A DNA stretch of 64,000 nucleotides, taken from NCBI RefSeq assembly GCF_009914755.1, contig NC_060933.1. One strand, given 5' to 3'. The translations under genes were made by a program, and so were the position numbers. Shown piece by piece: positions 15,501 to 31,800 of the stretch; position 1 is the stretch's first letter; each line of letters starts with the position of its first letter. The notes under the pieces were generated by a model that was not told where the DNA came from, did no database searches, and saw only the letters and a program-made list of their open reading frames with translations. This DNA is from the human T2T-CHM13v2.0 reference genome, Homo sapiens.

Positions 15501-18500
15501 TTCCATTCCATTCCATTCCGGAAGATTCCATTCCATTGCATTCCGTTCCATTCCATTCCCCTGCACTCGCGTTGATTCCATTCCATTCCATTCCATTCCA
15601 TTCCATTCCATTCCTTTCCTTTCCATTCCATTCCATTCCATTCCATTCCGTTCCATTCCATTCCGTTCCGTTCCATTCCTTTCCATTCCATTCTATTCGG
15701 GTTAATTCCATTCCATTCCATTCGATTGCAATCGAGTTGATTCCATTCCATTCCCTTCCATTCCATTCCATTCCATTCCATTCCATTCCTTTCCATTCCA
15801 TTACGGATGTTTCAATTCCATTGCATTCCATTCCATTCCATTCCCTTGTACTCGGGTTGATTCCATTCCATTGCATTCCAATCCATGCCATTCCACTCGT
15901 GTTGATTCCATTCTTTCCATTCCTTTCAAGTTGAATCCATTCCATTGCATTCCATTCCATTCGATTCCATTCGATTGCACTCGGGTTGATTCCATTCCAT
16001 TGCATTCCATTCCATTCCATTCCTTTCCATTTCATTCCATTCCGTTCCATTCCATTTCATTACATTCAGATTGATTCTATTCAATTCCCTTATACTCCAT
16101 TATATTCCAATCCATTCTGGTTGTTTCCATTCCATTCCATTCCATTTCACTCCATTCCATTGCTCTCGGGTTGATTCCATTCCATTCCATTCCATTGCAT
16201 TCCATTACATTCCATTCCGGATGATTCCATTCCATTGCATTGCATTCCATTCCATTCCCCTGCACTCGGGATGATTCCATTCCATTACATTACATTACAT
16301 TCCGTTCCATTCCATTCCATTCCATTCGGATTGATTCTATTCAATTCCCTTACACTCCATTACATTCCATTCCATTCGGGAAGTTTCCATTCCATTCCAT
16401 TCCATTCCTCTCCATTTCATTGCACTCGGGGGGATTCCATTCCATTCCATTCCATTCCATTCCATTCCATTCCATTCCATTGTACTCGGGTTGATTCCAT
16501 TCCACTGCATTCCATTCCTTTCCATTCCATTCCATTCCATTCCATTCCATTCCATTCCGTTCCATTCCATTCCATTCGGATTGATTCTATTCAACTCCCT
16601 TACTCTCCATTACATTCCATTCCATTCGGGTTGTTCCATTCCATTCCATTCCATTCCACTCCATTCCATTGCACTCGGGTTGATTCCATTCCATTCCATT
16701 CCATTCCATTCCATTCCATTCCATTCCGGATGATTCCTTTCCATTGCATTCCGTTTCATTACATTCCCCTGCACTCGGGTTGATTCCATTCCATTCCATT
16801 CCATTCCATTCGATTCCATTCCATTCCAATTCTTTCCATTCCATTCTATTCCGTACCATTCCATTCCATTCCATACAATTCCATTCCATTCCTTTCCATT
16901 CCATTCCGTTCCGTTCCGTTCCGTTCCGTTCTATTCCATTCCATTCCATTCTATTCGGGTTAATTCCATTCCATTCCATTCCATTCCATTCTATTCCATT
17001 CCATTGCAATCGAGTTGAATCCATTGCATTCCATTCCATTCCATTCCATTCCATTCCGGAAGATTCCATTCCATTGCATTCCATTCCATTCCATTCCCCT
17101 GCACTCGCGTTTATTCCTTTCAATTCCATTCCATTCCATTCCATTCCATTCCAATCCGTTCCGTTCCGTTCCATTCCATTCCATTCCATTCCATTCCATT
17201 CCATTCCATTCCGTTCCGTTCCGTTCCATTCCATTGCATTCCATTCTATTCGGGTTAATTCCATTCCATTCCATTCGATTGCAATCGAGTTGATTCCATT
17301 CCATTCCATTCCATTCCATTCCATTCCATTCCTTTCCATTCCTTTCCATTACATTACGGATGATTCCATTCCATTGCATTCCATTCCATTCCATTCCCCT
17401 GTACTCGGGTTGATTTCATTCCATTCCATTCCATTCCATGCCATTCCACTCGTGTTGATTCCATTCTTTCCATTCCATTCAAGTTGAATCCATTCCATTG
17501 CATTCCATTCCATTCGATTCCATTCGATTGCACTCGGGTTGATTACATTCCATTGCATTCCATTCCATTCCGTTCCATTCCATTACATTCGGATTGAATC
17601 TATTCAATTCCCTTACACTCCATTACATTCCATTCCATTCGGGTAGTTTCCGTTCCATTCCATTCCATTCCTCTCCATTCCATTGCACTCGGGTTGATTC
17701 CATTCCATTCCATTCCATTCCATTCCATTCCATTCCGGATGATTCCGTTCCATTGAATTCCATTCCATTCCATTCCCCTGCACTTGGGTTGATTCCATTC
17801 CATTCCATTCCATTCCTTTCCGTTCCATTCCATTCCATTCAATTCCATTCCATTCTATTCGTGTTAATTCCATTCCATTCTATTCCATTCCATTCCATTG
17901 AAATCGAGTTGATTCCATTCCATTCCATTCCATTACATTCCATTCCATTCCATTCCATTCCGGATGATTCCATTCCATTGCATTCCATTCCATTCCATTG
18001 CATTCCATTCCATTCCATTCCCCTGCACTCGGGTTGAATCCATTCCATTCCATTCCATTACATTCCGTTCCATTCCATTCCATTCCATTCTATTCGGGTT
18101 AATTCCATTCCATTCCATTCCACTCTATTCCAGTCCTTTCCATTCCATTCCACTCGGGTTGATTCCATTCTATTCCTTTCCATTCCATTCCATTCCATTG
18201 CAATCGGGTTGATTCCATTCGAGTTGAATCCATTCCATTCCATTCCATTCCATTACATTGCACACGGGTTCATTCCATTCCATTCCATTCCATTCCATTC
18301 CATTCCATTTCGTTCCATTCCATTCTATTCCGTACCATTCCATTCCATCCCATTCCATTCCATTCCATTCCATTCCATGCCATTACACTCGTGTTGATTC
18401 CATTCCTTTCCATTCCATTCTTGTTGAATCCATTCCATTCCATTCCATTCCATTCGAATCCATTCCATTGCACTCGGGTTGATTCCATTCCATTCCATTC

Positions 18501-20229
18501 CATTCCATTTCATTCCATTCCATTCCATTACATACAGATTGATTCTATTCAATTCCTTTACACTCCATTCCATTCCATTCCATTCGGGATGTTTCCATTC
18601 CATTCCATTCCATTCCACTCCATTCCATTGCATCGGGTTGATTGCATTCCATTCCATTCCATTCCATTCCGGATGATTCCATTCCATTGCATTCCATTCC
18701 ATTCCATTCCCCTGCACTCGGGTTGATTACATTCCATTCCATTCCCTTCCATTCCTTTCCATTCCATTCCATTCCATTGCAATCGAGTTGATTCCATTCC
18801 ATTCCATTCCATTCCATTCCATTCCATTCCGGATGATTCCATTCCATTGCATTCCATTCCAATCCATTCCACTGCACTCGTGTTGATTACATTCCATTCC
18901 ATTCCCTTCCATTCGTTTCCATTCCATTCCACTCCATTGCAATCGAGTTGATTCCATTCCATTCCATTCCATTCCATTCCATTCCATTCCATTGCAATCG
19001 AGTTGATTCCATTCCATTCCATTCCATTCCATTCCAATCGATTTGAATCCATTCCATGCCATTCCATTCCAGTCCATTCCAGTCCTTTCCATTCCATTCC
19101 ACTCGGGTTGATTCCATTCTATTCCTTTCCATTCCATTCCATTCCATTCGAATCCATTCCATTGCACTCGGTTTGATTCCATTCCATTCCATTTCATTCC
19201 ATTCCATTCCATTACATTCGGACTGATTCTATTCAATTCCCTTACACTCCATTACATTCCATTCCATTCGGGGTGTTTCCATTCCATTCCATTCCATTCC
19301 ATTCCATTCCATTGCATCGGGTTCATTCCATTCAATTCCATTCCATTCCATTCCATTCCATTCCATTCCATTCCATTCAGGATGATTCCATTCCATTGCA
19401 TTCAATTCCATTCCATTCCATTCCATTCCATTCCATTCAGGATGATTCCATTCCATTGCATTCAATTCCATTCCATTCCCCTGCACTCGGGTTGATTACA
19501 TTCCATTCCATTCCCTTCCATTCCTTTCCATTCCATTCCATTCCATTCTATTCGGGTTAATTCCATTCCATTCCATTCCATTCCATTCCATTCCATTCCA
19601 TTCCATTCTATTCGGGTTAATTGCATTCCATTCCATTCAAATTCCATTCCACTCCATTCCAATCGAGTTGATTCCATTCCATTCCATTCCATTCCATTCC
19701 ACTCCATTCCAGTCCTTTCCATTCCATTCCACTCGGGTTGATTCCATTCTATTCCTTTCCATTCCATTCCATTCCATTGCAATCGAGTTGATTCCATTGC
19801 TTTGCATTCCATTCCATTCCATTCCATTCCGGATGATTCCATTCCATTGCATTCCATTCCATTCCATTCCCCTGCACTCGGGTTGATTCCATTCCATTCC
19901 ACTCCATTCCATTCCATTCCATTCCAATCCATTGTATTCGGGTTAATTCCATTCCATTCCATTCCATTCCATTCCATTCCATTCCATTCCATTACAATCG
20001 AGTTGATTCCATTCCATTCCATTCCATTCCATTCCATTCCAGTCCTTTGCATTCCATTCCACTCGGGTTGATTCCATTCTATTAGTTTCCATTCCATTCC
20101 ATTCCCTTCCATTCCACTCTGGTTGATTCCATTCCTTTCCATTCCACTCGAATACATTCTCTCCTATTCCACTCGGAACGATTCCATTCCATTCCATTCC
20201 ATTCCATTCCATTCCATTCCATTCCATTC

Positions 20230-23200
20230 CATTCCGGTTGATTCCATTCCATTGCAATCTATTCCATTCCATTCCCCTGCACTCGCGTTGATTCCATTCC
20301 ATTGCATTCCATTCCATTCCGTTCCGTTCCGTTCCATTCCATTCCATTCCATTCCGTTCCGTTCCGTTCCGTTGCATTCCATTCCATTCTGTTCGGGTTA
20401 ATTCCATTCCATTCCATTCGATTGCAATCGAGTTGATTCCATTCCATTCCATTCCATTCCATTCCATTCCATTCCATTCCTTTCCATTCCATTATGGATG
20501 ATTCCATTCCATTGCATTACATTCCATTCCATTCCCCTGCACTCGGGTTGATTCCATTCCATTCCATTCCATTCCATTCGATTCCATTCCATTCCAATTC
20601 TTTCCATTCCATTCTATTCCGTACCATTCCATTCCATTCCATACAATTCCATTCCATTCCCTTCCATTCCGTTCCATTCCGTTCCGTTCCTTTCCATTCC
20701 ATTCCATTCCATTCTATTCGGGTTAATGCCATTCCATTGCATTCCATTCCATTCCATTCTATTCCATTCCATTGCAATCGAGTTGAATCCATTGCATTCC
20801 ATTCCATTCCATTCCATTCCATTCCATTCCATTCCATTCCATTCCATTCTGGAAGATTCCACTCCATTGCATTCCATTCCATTCCATTCCCCTGCACTCA
20901 CGTTTATTCCTTTCAATTCCATTCCATTCCATTCCATTCCGTTCCGTTCGATTCCATTCCCTTCCTTTCCATTCCATTCCGTTCCTTTCCGTTCCGTTCC
21001 ATTCCATTCCATTCCATTCTATTCGGGTTAATTCCATTCCATTCCATTCGATTGCAATCGAGTTGATTCCATTCCATTCCATTCCATTCCATTCCATTCC
21101 ATTCCATTCCTTTCCATTACATTACGGATGATTCCATTCCATTGCATTCCATTCCATTCCATTCCCCTGTACTCGGTTTGATTTCATTCCATTCCATTCC
21201 ATTCCATGCCATTCCACTCGTGTTGATTCCATTCTTTCCATTCCATTCAAGTTGAATCCATTCCATTGCATTCCATTCCATTCGATTCCATTCGATTGCA
21301 CTCGGGTTGATTCCATTCCATTGCATTCCATTCCGTTCCGTTCCATTCCATTACTTTCGGATTGATTCTATTCAATTCCCTTACACTCCATTACATTCCA
21401 TTCCATTCGGGTAGTTTCCATTCCATTCCATTCCATTCCTCTCCATTCCATTGCACTCGGGTTGATTCCATTCCATTCCATTCCATTCCATTCCATTCCA
21501 TTCCATTCCGGATGATTCCATTCCATTGAATTCCATTCCATTCCATTCCCCTGCACTTGGGTTGATTCCATTCCATTCCATTCCATTCCTTTCCGTTCCA
21601 ATCCATTCCATTCAATTCCATTCCATTCTATTCGTGTTAATTCCATTCCATTCTATTCCATTCCATTCCATTGAAATCGAGTTGATTCCATTCCATTCCA
21701 TTCAATTCCATTCCATTCCGGATGATTCCATTCCATTGCATTCCATTCCATTCCATTCTATTCGGGTTAATTCCATTCCATTCCATTCGATTGCAATCGA
21801 GTTGATTCCATTCCATTCCATTCAATTCCATTCCATTCCTTTCCATTCCATTACGGATGATTCCATTCCATTGCATTCCATTCCATTCCATTCCTCTGTA
21901 CTCGGGTTGATTCCATTCCATTCCATTCCAATCCATGCCATTCCACTCGTGTTGATTCCATTCTTTCCATTCCATTCAAGTTGAATCCATTCCATTTCAC
22001 TCCATTCCATTCCATTCCCCTGCAGTCGGGTTGATTCCATTCCATTCCATTCCATTCCATTCCATTCCATTCCGTTCCGTTCCATTCCATTCCATTCCAT
22101 TCTATTCGGGTTAATTCCATTCCATTCCATTCCATTCCATTCCATTCCAATCGAGTTGTTTCCATTCCATTCCATTCCATTCTATTCCACTCCATTCCAG
22201 TCCTTTCCATTCCATTCCACTCGGGTTGATTCCAATGTATTCCTTTCCATTCCATTCCATTCCATTGCAATCGAGTTGATTCCATTGCTTTGCATTCCAT
22301 TCCATTCCATTCCATTCCGGATGATTCCATTCCATTGCATTCCATTCGATTCCATTCCCGTGCACTCGGGTTGATTCCATTCCATTCCACTCCATTCCGT
22401 TCCATTCCATTCCATTCCATTGTATTCGTGTTAATTCCATTCCATTCCATTCCATTGCATTCCATTCCATTCCAGTCCTCTCCATTCCATTCCACACGGG
22501 TTGATTCCATTCTATTAGTTTCCATTCCATTCCACTCCTTTCCATTCCACTGTGGTTGATTCCATTCCTTTCCATTCCACCCGAAAATATTCCCTCCTAT
22601 TCCACTCGGAACGATTCCATTCCATTCCATTCCATTCCATTCCATTCCATTCCATTCCATTCCATTCCGTTCCATTCCATTAAATTCCATTTCGTTCCAT
22701 TCCATTCTATTCCGTATCATTCCATTCCATTCTTTCCATTCCATTCCATTCCATTCCATTCCTTTCCATTCAATTCCTTTCCATTAAAATTCGTTCCATT
22801 CCATTCTGTTCCGTACCATTCCATTCCATTCCATACCATTCCATTCCATTCCATTCCATTCCGTTCCATTCCGTTCCATTCCATTCCATTCCATTCTATT
22901 CGGATTAAATGCATTCCATTCCATTCCATTCCATTCTATTCCATTGCATTGCAATCGAGTTGAATCTATTGCATTGCATTCCATTCCATTCCATTCCATT
23001 CCATTCCGGAAGATTCCATTCCATTGCATTCCATTCCATTCCATTCCCCTGCACTCGCGTTGATTCCATTCCATTCCATTCCATTCCATTCCATTCCGTT
23101 CCGTTCCGTTCAATTCCATTCCATTCCATTCCATTCCATTCCGTTCCGTTCCATTCCATTCCATTCCATTCTATTCGGGTTAATTCCATTCCATTCCATT

Positions 23201-26200
23201 CGATTGCAATCGAGTTAATTCCATTCCATTCCATTCCATTCCATTCCATTCCATTCCATTCCATTCCTTTCCATTCCATTACGGATGATTCCATTCCATT
23301 GCATTCCATTCCATTCCATTCCCCTGTACTCGGGTTGATTCCATTCCATTCCATTCCAATCCATGCCATTCCACTCGTGTTGATTCCATTCTTTCCATTC
23401 CATTCAAGTTGAATCCATTCCATTGCATTCCATTCCATTCGATTCCATTCGATTGCACTCGGGTTGATTCCATTCCATTGCATTCCATTCCATTCCATTC
23501 CATTCCATTCCGTTCCGTTCCATTCCATTCCATTACATTCGCATTGATTCTATTCAATTCCCTTACACTCCATTACATTCCATTCCATTCGGGTAGTTTC
23601 CATTCCATTCCACTCCATTCCGCTCCATTCCATTGCATTCGGGTTGATTCCATTCCATTGCATTCCATTCCATTCCATTCAATTCCATTCCGTTCCATTC
23701 CATTCCATTACATTCGGATTGATTCTATTCAACTCCCTTACTCTCCATTACATTCCATTCCATTCGGGTTGTTCCATTCCATTCCATTCCATTCCACTCC
23801 ATTCCATTGCACTCGGGTTGATTCCATTCCATTCCATTCCATTCCATTCCATTCCGGAAGATTCCATTCTATTGCATTCCATTCCATTCCATTCCCCTGC
23901 ACTCGCGTTGATTCCATTCCATTCCATTCTATTCAATTCCATTCCCTTCCTTTCCGTTCCATTCCATTCCATTCAATTCCATTCCATTCCGTTCCGTTCC
24001 ATTCCATTCCATTCCATTCTATTCTGCTAATTCCATTCCATTCCATTCGATTGCAATCGAGTTGATTCCATTCCATTCCATTCCATTCCATTCCTTTCCA
24101 TTCCATTACGGATGATTCCATTCCATTGCATTCCATTCCATTCCATTCCGCTGTACTCGGGTTGATTCCATTCCATTCCATTCCAATCCATGCCATTCCA
24201 CTCGTGTTGATTCCATTCTTTCCATTCCATTCAAGTTGAATCCATTCCATTGCATTCCATTCCATTCGATTCCATTCGATTGCACTCGGGTTGATTCCAT
24301 TCCATTGCATTCCATTCCATTCCATTCCATTCCATTGCATTCCATTCCGTTCCATTCCATTTCATTACATTCAGATTTATTCTATTCAATTCCCTTACAC
24401 TCCGTTATATTCCAATCCATTCTGGTTGTTTCCATTCCATTCCATTCCATTCCATTCCATTCCATTCCATTCCGGTTGATTCCATTCCATTGCAATCCAT
24501 TCCATTCCATTTCCCTGCACTCGCGTTGATTCCATTCCATTGCATTTCATTCCATTCCGTTCCGTTCCGTTCCATTCCATTCCATTCCATTCCATTCCAT
24601 TCTATTCCATTCCATTGCAATCGAGTTGAATACATTGCATTCCATTCCATTCCATTCCATTCCATTCCATTCCATTCTGGAAGATTCCACTCCATTGCAT
24701 TCCATTCCATTCCATTCCCCTGCAGTCACGTTTATTCCTTTCAATTCCATTCCATTCCATTCCATTCCGTTCCGTTCGATTCCATTCCCTTCCTTTCCAT
24801 TCCATTCCGTTCCTTTCCGTTCCGTTCCATTCCATTCCATTCCATTCTATTCGGGTTAATTCCATTCCATTCCATTCGATTGCAATCGAGTTGATTCCAT
24901 TCCATTCCATTCCATTCCATTCCATTCCATTCCATTCCTTTCCATTACATTACGGATGATTCCATTCCATTGCATTCCAGTCCATTCCATTCCCCTGTAC
25001 TCGGTTTGATTTCATTCCATTCCATTCCATTCCATGCCATTCCACTCGTGTTGATTCCATTCTTTCCATTCCATTCAAGTTGAATCCATTCCATTGCATT
25101 CCATTCCATTCGATTCCATTCGATTGCACTCGGGTTGATTCCATTCCATTGCATTCCATTCCGTTCCGTTCCATTCCATTACTTTCGGATTGATTCTATT
25201 CAATTCCCTTACACTCCATTACATTCCATTCCATTCGGGTAGTTTCCATTCCATTCCATTCCATTCCTCTCCATTCCATTGCACTCGGGTTGATTCCATT
25301 CCATTCCATTCCATTCCATTCCATTCCATTCCATTCCGGATGATTCCATTCCATTGAATTCCATTCCATTCCATTCCCCTGCACTTGGGTTGATTCCATT
25401 CCATTCCATTCCATTCCTTTCCGTTCCAATCCATTCCATTCAATTCCATTCCATTCTATTCGTGTTAATTCCATTCCATTCTATTCCATTCCATTCCATT
25501 GAAATCGAGTTGATTCCTTTCCATTCCATTCAATTCCATTCCATTCCGGATGATTCCATTCCATTGCATTCCATTCCATTCCATTCTATTCGGGTTAATT
25601 CCATTCCATTCCATTCGATTGCAATCGAGTTGATTCCATTCCATTCCATTCCATTCCATTCCTTTCCATTCCATTACGGATGATTCCATTCCATTGCATT
25701 CCATTCCATTCCATTCCTCTGTACTCGGGTTGATTCCATTCCATTCCATTCCAATCCATGCCATTCCACTCGTGTTGATTCCATTCTTTCCATTCCATTG
25801 AAGTTGAATCCATTCCATTTCATTCCATTCCATTCCATTCCCCTGCAGTCGGGTTGATTCCATTCCATTCCATTCCATTCCATTCCATTCCATTCCGTTC
25901 CGTTCCATTCCATTCCATTCCATTCTATTCGGGTTAATTCCATTCCATTCCATTCCATTCCATTCCATTCCAATCGAGTTGTTTCCATTCCATTCCATTC
26001 CATTCTATTCCACTCCATTCCAGTCCTTTCCATTCCATTCCACTCGGGTTGATTCCAATGTATTCCTTTCCATTCCATTCCATTCCATTGCAATCGAGTT
26101 GATTCCATTGCTTTGCATTCCATTCCATTCCATTCCATTCCGGATGATTCCATTCCATTGCATTCCATTCGATTCCATTCCCCTGCACTCGGGTTGATTC

Positions 26201-28860
26201 CATTCCATTCCACTCCATTCCGTTCCATTCCATTCCATTCCATTGTATTCGTGTTAATTCCATTCCATTCCATTCCATTGCATTCCATTCCATTCCAGTC
26301 CTCTCCATTCCATTCCACACGGGTTGATTCCATTCTATTAGTTTCCATTCCATTCCACTCCTTTCCATTCCACTGTGGTTGATTCCATTCCTTTCCATTC
26401 CACCCGAAAATATTCCCTCCTATTCCACTCGGAACGATTCCATTCCATTCCATTCCATTCCATTCCATTCCATTCCATTCCGTTCCATTCCATTAAATTC
26501 CATTTCTTTCCATTCCATTCTATTCCGTATCATTCCATTCCATTCCATTCCATTCCATTCCATTCCATTCCATTCCTTTCCATTCAATTCCTTTCCATTA
26601 AAATTCGTTCCATTCCATTCTGTTCCGTACCATTCCATTCCATTCCATACCATTCCATTCCATTCCATTCCATTCCGTTCCATTCCGTTCCATTCCATTC
26701 CATTCCATTCTATTCGGATTAATTCCATTCCATTCCATTCCATTCCATTCTATTCCATTGCATTGCAATCGAGTTGAATCTATTGCATTTCATTCCATTC
26801 CATTCCATTCCATTCCATTCCGGAAGATTCCATTCCATTGCATTCCATTCCATTCCATTCCCCTGCACTCGCGTTGATTCCATTCCATTCCATTCCATTC
26901 CATTCCATTCCGTTCCGTTCCGTTCAATTCCATTCCATTCCATTCCATTCCATTCCGTTCCGTTCCATTCCATTCCATTCCATTCTATTCGGGTTAATTC
27001 CATTCCATTCCATTCGATTGCAATCGAGTTGATTCCATTCCATTCCATTCCATTCCATTCCATTCCATTCCATTCCTTTCCATTCCATTACGGATGATTG
27101 CATTCCATTGCATTCCATTCCATTCCATTCCCCTGTACTCGGGTTGATTCCATTCCATTCCATTCCAATCCATGCCATTCCACTCGTGTTGATTCCATTC
27201 TTTCCATTCCATTCAAGTTGAATCCATTCCATTGCATTCCATTCCATTCGATTCCATTCGATTGCACTCGGGTTGATTCCCTTCCATTGCATTCCATTCC
27301 ATTCCATTCCATTCCATTCCGTTCCGTTCCATTCCATTCCATTACATTCGCATTGATTCTATTCAATTCCCTTACACTCCATTACATTCCATTCCATTCG
27401 GGTAGTTTCCATTCCATTCCATTCCATTCCGCTCCATTCCATTGCATTCGGGTTGATTCCATTCCATTGCATTCCATTCCATTCCATTCAATTCTATTCC
27501 GTTCCATTCCATTCCATTACATTCGGATTGATTCTATTCAACTCCCTTACTCTCCATTACATTCCATTCCATTCGGGTTGTTCCATTCCATTCCATTCCA
27601 TTCCACTCCATTCCATTGCACTCGGGTTGATTCCATTCCATTCCGTTCCATTCCATTCCATTCCATTCCATTCCGGAAGATTCCATTCTATTGCATTCCA
27701 TTCCATTCCATTCCCCTGCACTCGCGTTGATTCCATTCCATTCCATTCTATTCAATTCCATTCCCTTCCTTTCCGTTCCATTCCATTCCATTCAATTCCA
27801 TTCCATTCCGTTCCGTTCCATTCCATTCCATTCCATTCTATTCTGCTAATTCCATTCCATTCCATTCGATTGCAATCGAGTTGATTCCATTCCATTCCAT
27901 TCCATTCCATTCCTTTCCATTCCATTACGGATGATTCCATTCCATTGCATTCCATTCCATTCCATTCCCCTGTACTCGGGTTGATTCCATTCCATTCCAT
28001 TCCAATCCATGCCATTCCACTCGTGTTGATTCCATTCTTTCCATTCCATTCAAGTTGAATCCATTCCATTGCATTCCATTCCATTCGATTCCATTCGATT
28101 GCACTCGGGTTGATTCCATTCCATTGCATTCCATTCCATTCCATTCCATTCCATTGCATTCCATTCCGTTCCATTCCATTTCATTACATTCAGATTTATT
28201 CTATTCAATTCCCTTACACTCCGTTATATTCCAATCCATTCTGGTTGTTTCCATTCCATTCCATTCCATTCCATTCCATTCCATTCCATTCCGGTTGATT
28301 CCATTCCATTGCAATCCATTCCATTCCATTCCCCTGCACTCGCGTTGATTCCATTCCATTCCATTCCATTGCATTCCATTCCATTCCGTTCCGTTCCGTT
28401 CCATTCCATTCCATTCCATTCCGTTCCGTTCCGTTCCGTTGCATTCCATTCCATTCTGTTCGGGTTAATTCCATTCCATTCCATTCGATTGCAATCGAGT
28501 TGATTCCATTCCATTCCATTCCATTCCATTCCATTCCATTCCATTCCTTTCCATTCCATTATGGATGATTCCATTCCATTGCATTACATTCCATTCCATT
28601 CCCCTGCACTCGGGTTGATTCCATTCCATTCCATTCCATTCGATTCGATTCCATTCCATTCCAATTCTTTCCATTCCATTCTATTCCGTACCATTCCATT
28701 CCATTCCATACAATTCCATTCCATTCCATTCCATTCCGTTCCATTCCGTTCCGTTCCGTTCCATTCCATTCCATTCCATTCTATTCGGGTTAATGCCATT
28801 CCATTGCATTCCATTCCATTCCATTCTATTCCATTCCATTGCAATCGAGTTGAATCCATT
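20230..28860 (+). repeat. Tandem array of a ~4.24/3.82 kb unit (two copies plus the start of a third)
   Basis: The marker CCGGTTGATTCCATTCCATTGCAATC is at 20234, 24472 and 28291. CCCGAAAATATTCCC and ATTCTGCTAATTCC each recur at ~3.82 kb. ORF pairs 21117/24945, 22111/25934 and 24027/27846. Confidence 0.88.
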
Positions 28861-28869
28861 GCATTCCAT

Positions 28870-31800
28870 TCCACTCCATTCCGTTCCATTCCATTCCATT
28901 CCATTTTATTCGGGTTAATTCCATTCCATTCCATTCCATTCCATTCCATTCCATTACAATCGAGTTGATTCCATTCCATTCCATTCCATTCCAGTCCTTT
29001 CCATTCCATTCCACTCGGGTTGATTCCATTCTATTAGTTTCCATTCCATTCCATTCCCTTCCATTCCACTCTGGTTGATACCATTCCTTTCCGTTCCACT
29101 CGAATACATTCCCTCCTATTCCACTCGGAACGATTGCATTCCATTCCATTCCATTCCATTCCATTCCATTCCATTCCATTCCATTCCATTCCATTTCGTT
29201 CCATTCCATTCTATTCCGTATCATTCCATTCCATTCCATTCCATTCCATTCCATTCCATTCCATTCCATTCCATTGTACTCGGGTTGATTCAATTCCATT
29301 GCATTCCATTCCATTCCATTCCATTCCATTCCATTCCATTCCGTTGCATTCCATTCCATTACATTCGGATTGATTCTATTCAACTCCCTTACTCTCCATT
29401 ACATTACATTCCATTCGGGTTGTTCCATTCCATTCCATTCCATTCCACTCCATTCCATTGCACTCGGGTTGATTCCATTCCATTCCATTCCATTCCATTC
29501 CATTCCATTCCTGATGATTCCATTCCATTGCATTACTTTCCATTACATTCCCCTGCACTCGCGTTGATTCCATTCCATTCCATTCCATTCCATTCAATTC
29601 CATTCCATTACAATTCGTTCCATTCCATTCTATTCCGTACCATTCCATTCCATTCCATACAATTCCATTCCATTCCATTCCATTCCATTCCGTTCCATTC
29701 CGTTCCATTGCATTCCATTCCATTCTATTCGGATTAATTCCATTCCATTCCATTCCATTCCATTCTATTCCATTCCATTGCAATCGAGTTGAATCCATTG
29801 CATTTCATTCCATTCCATTCCATTCCATTCCATTCCGGAAGATTCCATTCCATTGCATTCCATTCCATTCCATTCTCCTGCACTCGGGTTGATTCCATTC
29901 CATTCCATTCCATTCCATTCCGTTCCGTTCCATTCCATTCCATTCCATTCCAATCCATTCCGTTCCGTTCCATTCCATTCTATTCCATTTTTTCGGGTTA
30001 ATTCCATTCCATTCCATTCGATTGCAATCGAGTTGATTCCATTCCATTCCATTCCATTCCATTCCATTCCATTCCTTTCCATTCCATTACGGATGATTCC
30101 ATTCCATTGCATTGCATTCCATTCCATTCCCCTGTACTCGGGTTGATTCCATTCCATTCCATTCCAATCCATGCCATTCCACTCGTGTTGATTCCATTCT
30201 TTCCATTCCATTCAAGTTGAATCCATTCCATTGCCTTCCATTCCATTCCATTCCCCTGCAGTCGGGTTGATTCCATTCCGTTCCATTCCATTCGATTCCA
30301 TTCCATTCCAATCCGTTCCTTTCCATTCCATTCCATTCCATTGTATTCGGGTTAATTCCATTCCATTCCATTCCATTCCATTCCATTCCAATCGAGTTGA
30401 TTCCATTCCATTCCATTCCATTCCATTCCACTCCATTCCAGTCCTTTCCATTCCATTCCACTCGGGTTGATTCCAATGTATTCCTTTCCATTCCATTCCA
30501 TTCCATTGCAATCGAGTTGATTCCATTGCTTTGCATTCCATTCCATTCCATTCCATTCCGGATGATTCCATTCCATTGCATTCCATTCCATTCCATTCCC
30601 CTGCACTCGGGTTGATTCCATTCCATTCCACTCCATTCCGTTCCATTCCATTCCATTCCATTTTATTCGGGTTAATTCCATTCCATTCCATTCCATTCCA
30701 TTCCATTCCATTACAATCGAGTTGATTCCATTCCATTCCATTCCATTCCAGTCCTTTCCATTCCATTCCACTCGGGTTGATTCCATTCTATTAGTTTCCA
30801 TTCCATTCCATTCCCTTCCATTCCACTCTGGTTGATACCATTCCTTTCCGTTCCACTCGAATACATTCCCTCCTATTCCACTCGGAACGATTGCATTCCA
30901 TTCCATTCCATTCCATTCCATTCCATTCCATTCCATTCCATTCCATTTCGTTCCATTCCATTCTATTCCGTATCATTCCATTCCATTCCATTCCATTCCA
31001 TTCCATTCCATTCCATTCCATTGTACTCGGGTTGATTCAATTCCATTGCATTCCATTCCATTCCATTCCATTCCATTCCATTCCGTTGCATTCCATTCCA
31101 TTACATTCGGATTGATTCTATTCAACTCCCTTACTCTCCATTACATTACATTCCATTCGGGTTGTTCCATTCCATTCCATTCCATTCCACTCCATTCCAT
31201 TGCACTCGGGTTGATTCCATTCCATTCCATTCCATTCCATTCCATTCCATTCCTGATGATTCCATTCCATTGCATTACTTTCCATTACATTCCCCTGCAC
31301 TCGCGTTGATTCCATTCCATTCCATTCCATTCCATTCAATTCCATTCCATTACAATTCGTTCCATTCCATTCTATTCCGTACCATTCCATTCCATTCCAT
31401 ACAATTCCATTCCATTCCATTCCATTCCATTCCGTTCCATTCCGTTCCATTGCATTCCATTCCATTCTATTCGGATTAATTCCATTCCATTCCATTCCAT
31501 TCCATTCTATTCCATTCCATTGCAATCGAGTTGAATCCATTGCATTTCATTCCATTCCATTCCATTCCATTCCATTCCGGAAGATTCCATTCCATTGCAT
31601 TCCATTCCATTCCATTCCCCTGCACTCGGGTTGATTCCATTCCATTCCATTCCATTCCATTCCGTTCCGTTCCATTCCATTCCATTCCATTCCAATCCAT
31701 TCCGTTCCGTTCCATTCCATTCTATTCCATTTTTTCGGGTTAATTCCATTCCATTCCATTCGATTGCAATCGAGTTGATTCCATTCCATTCCATTCCATT

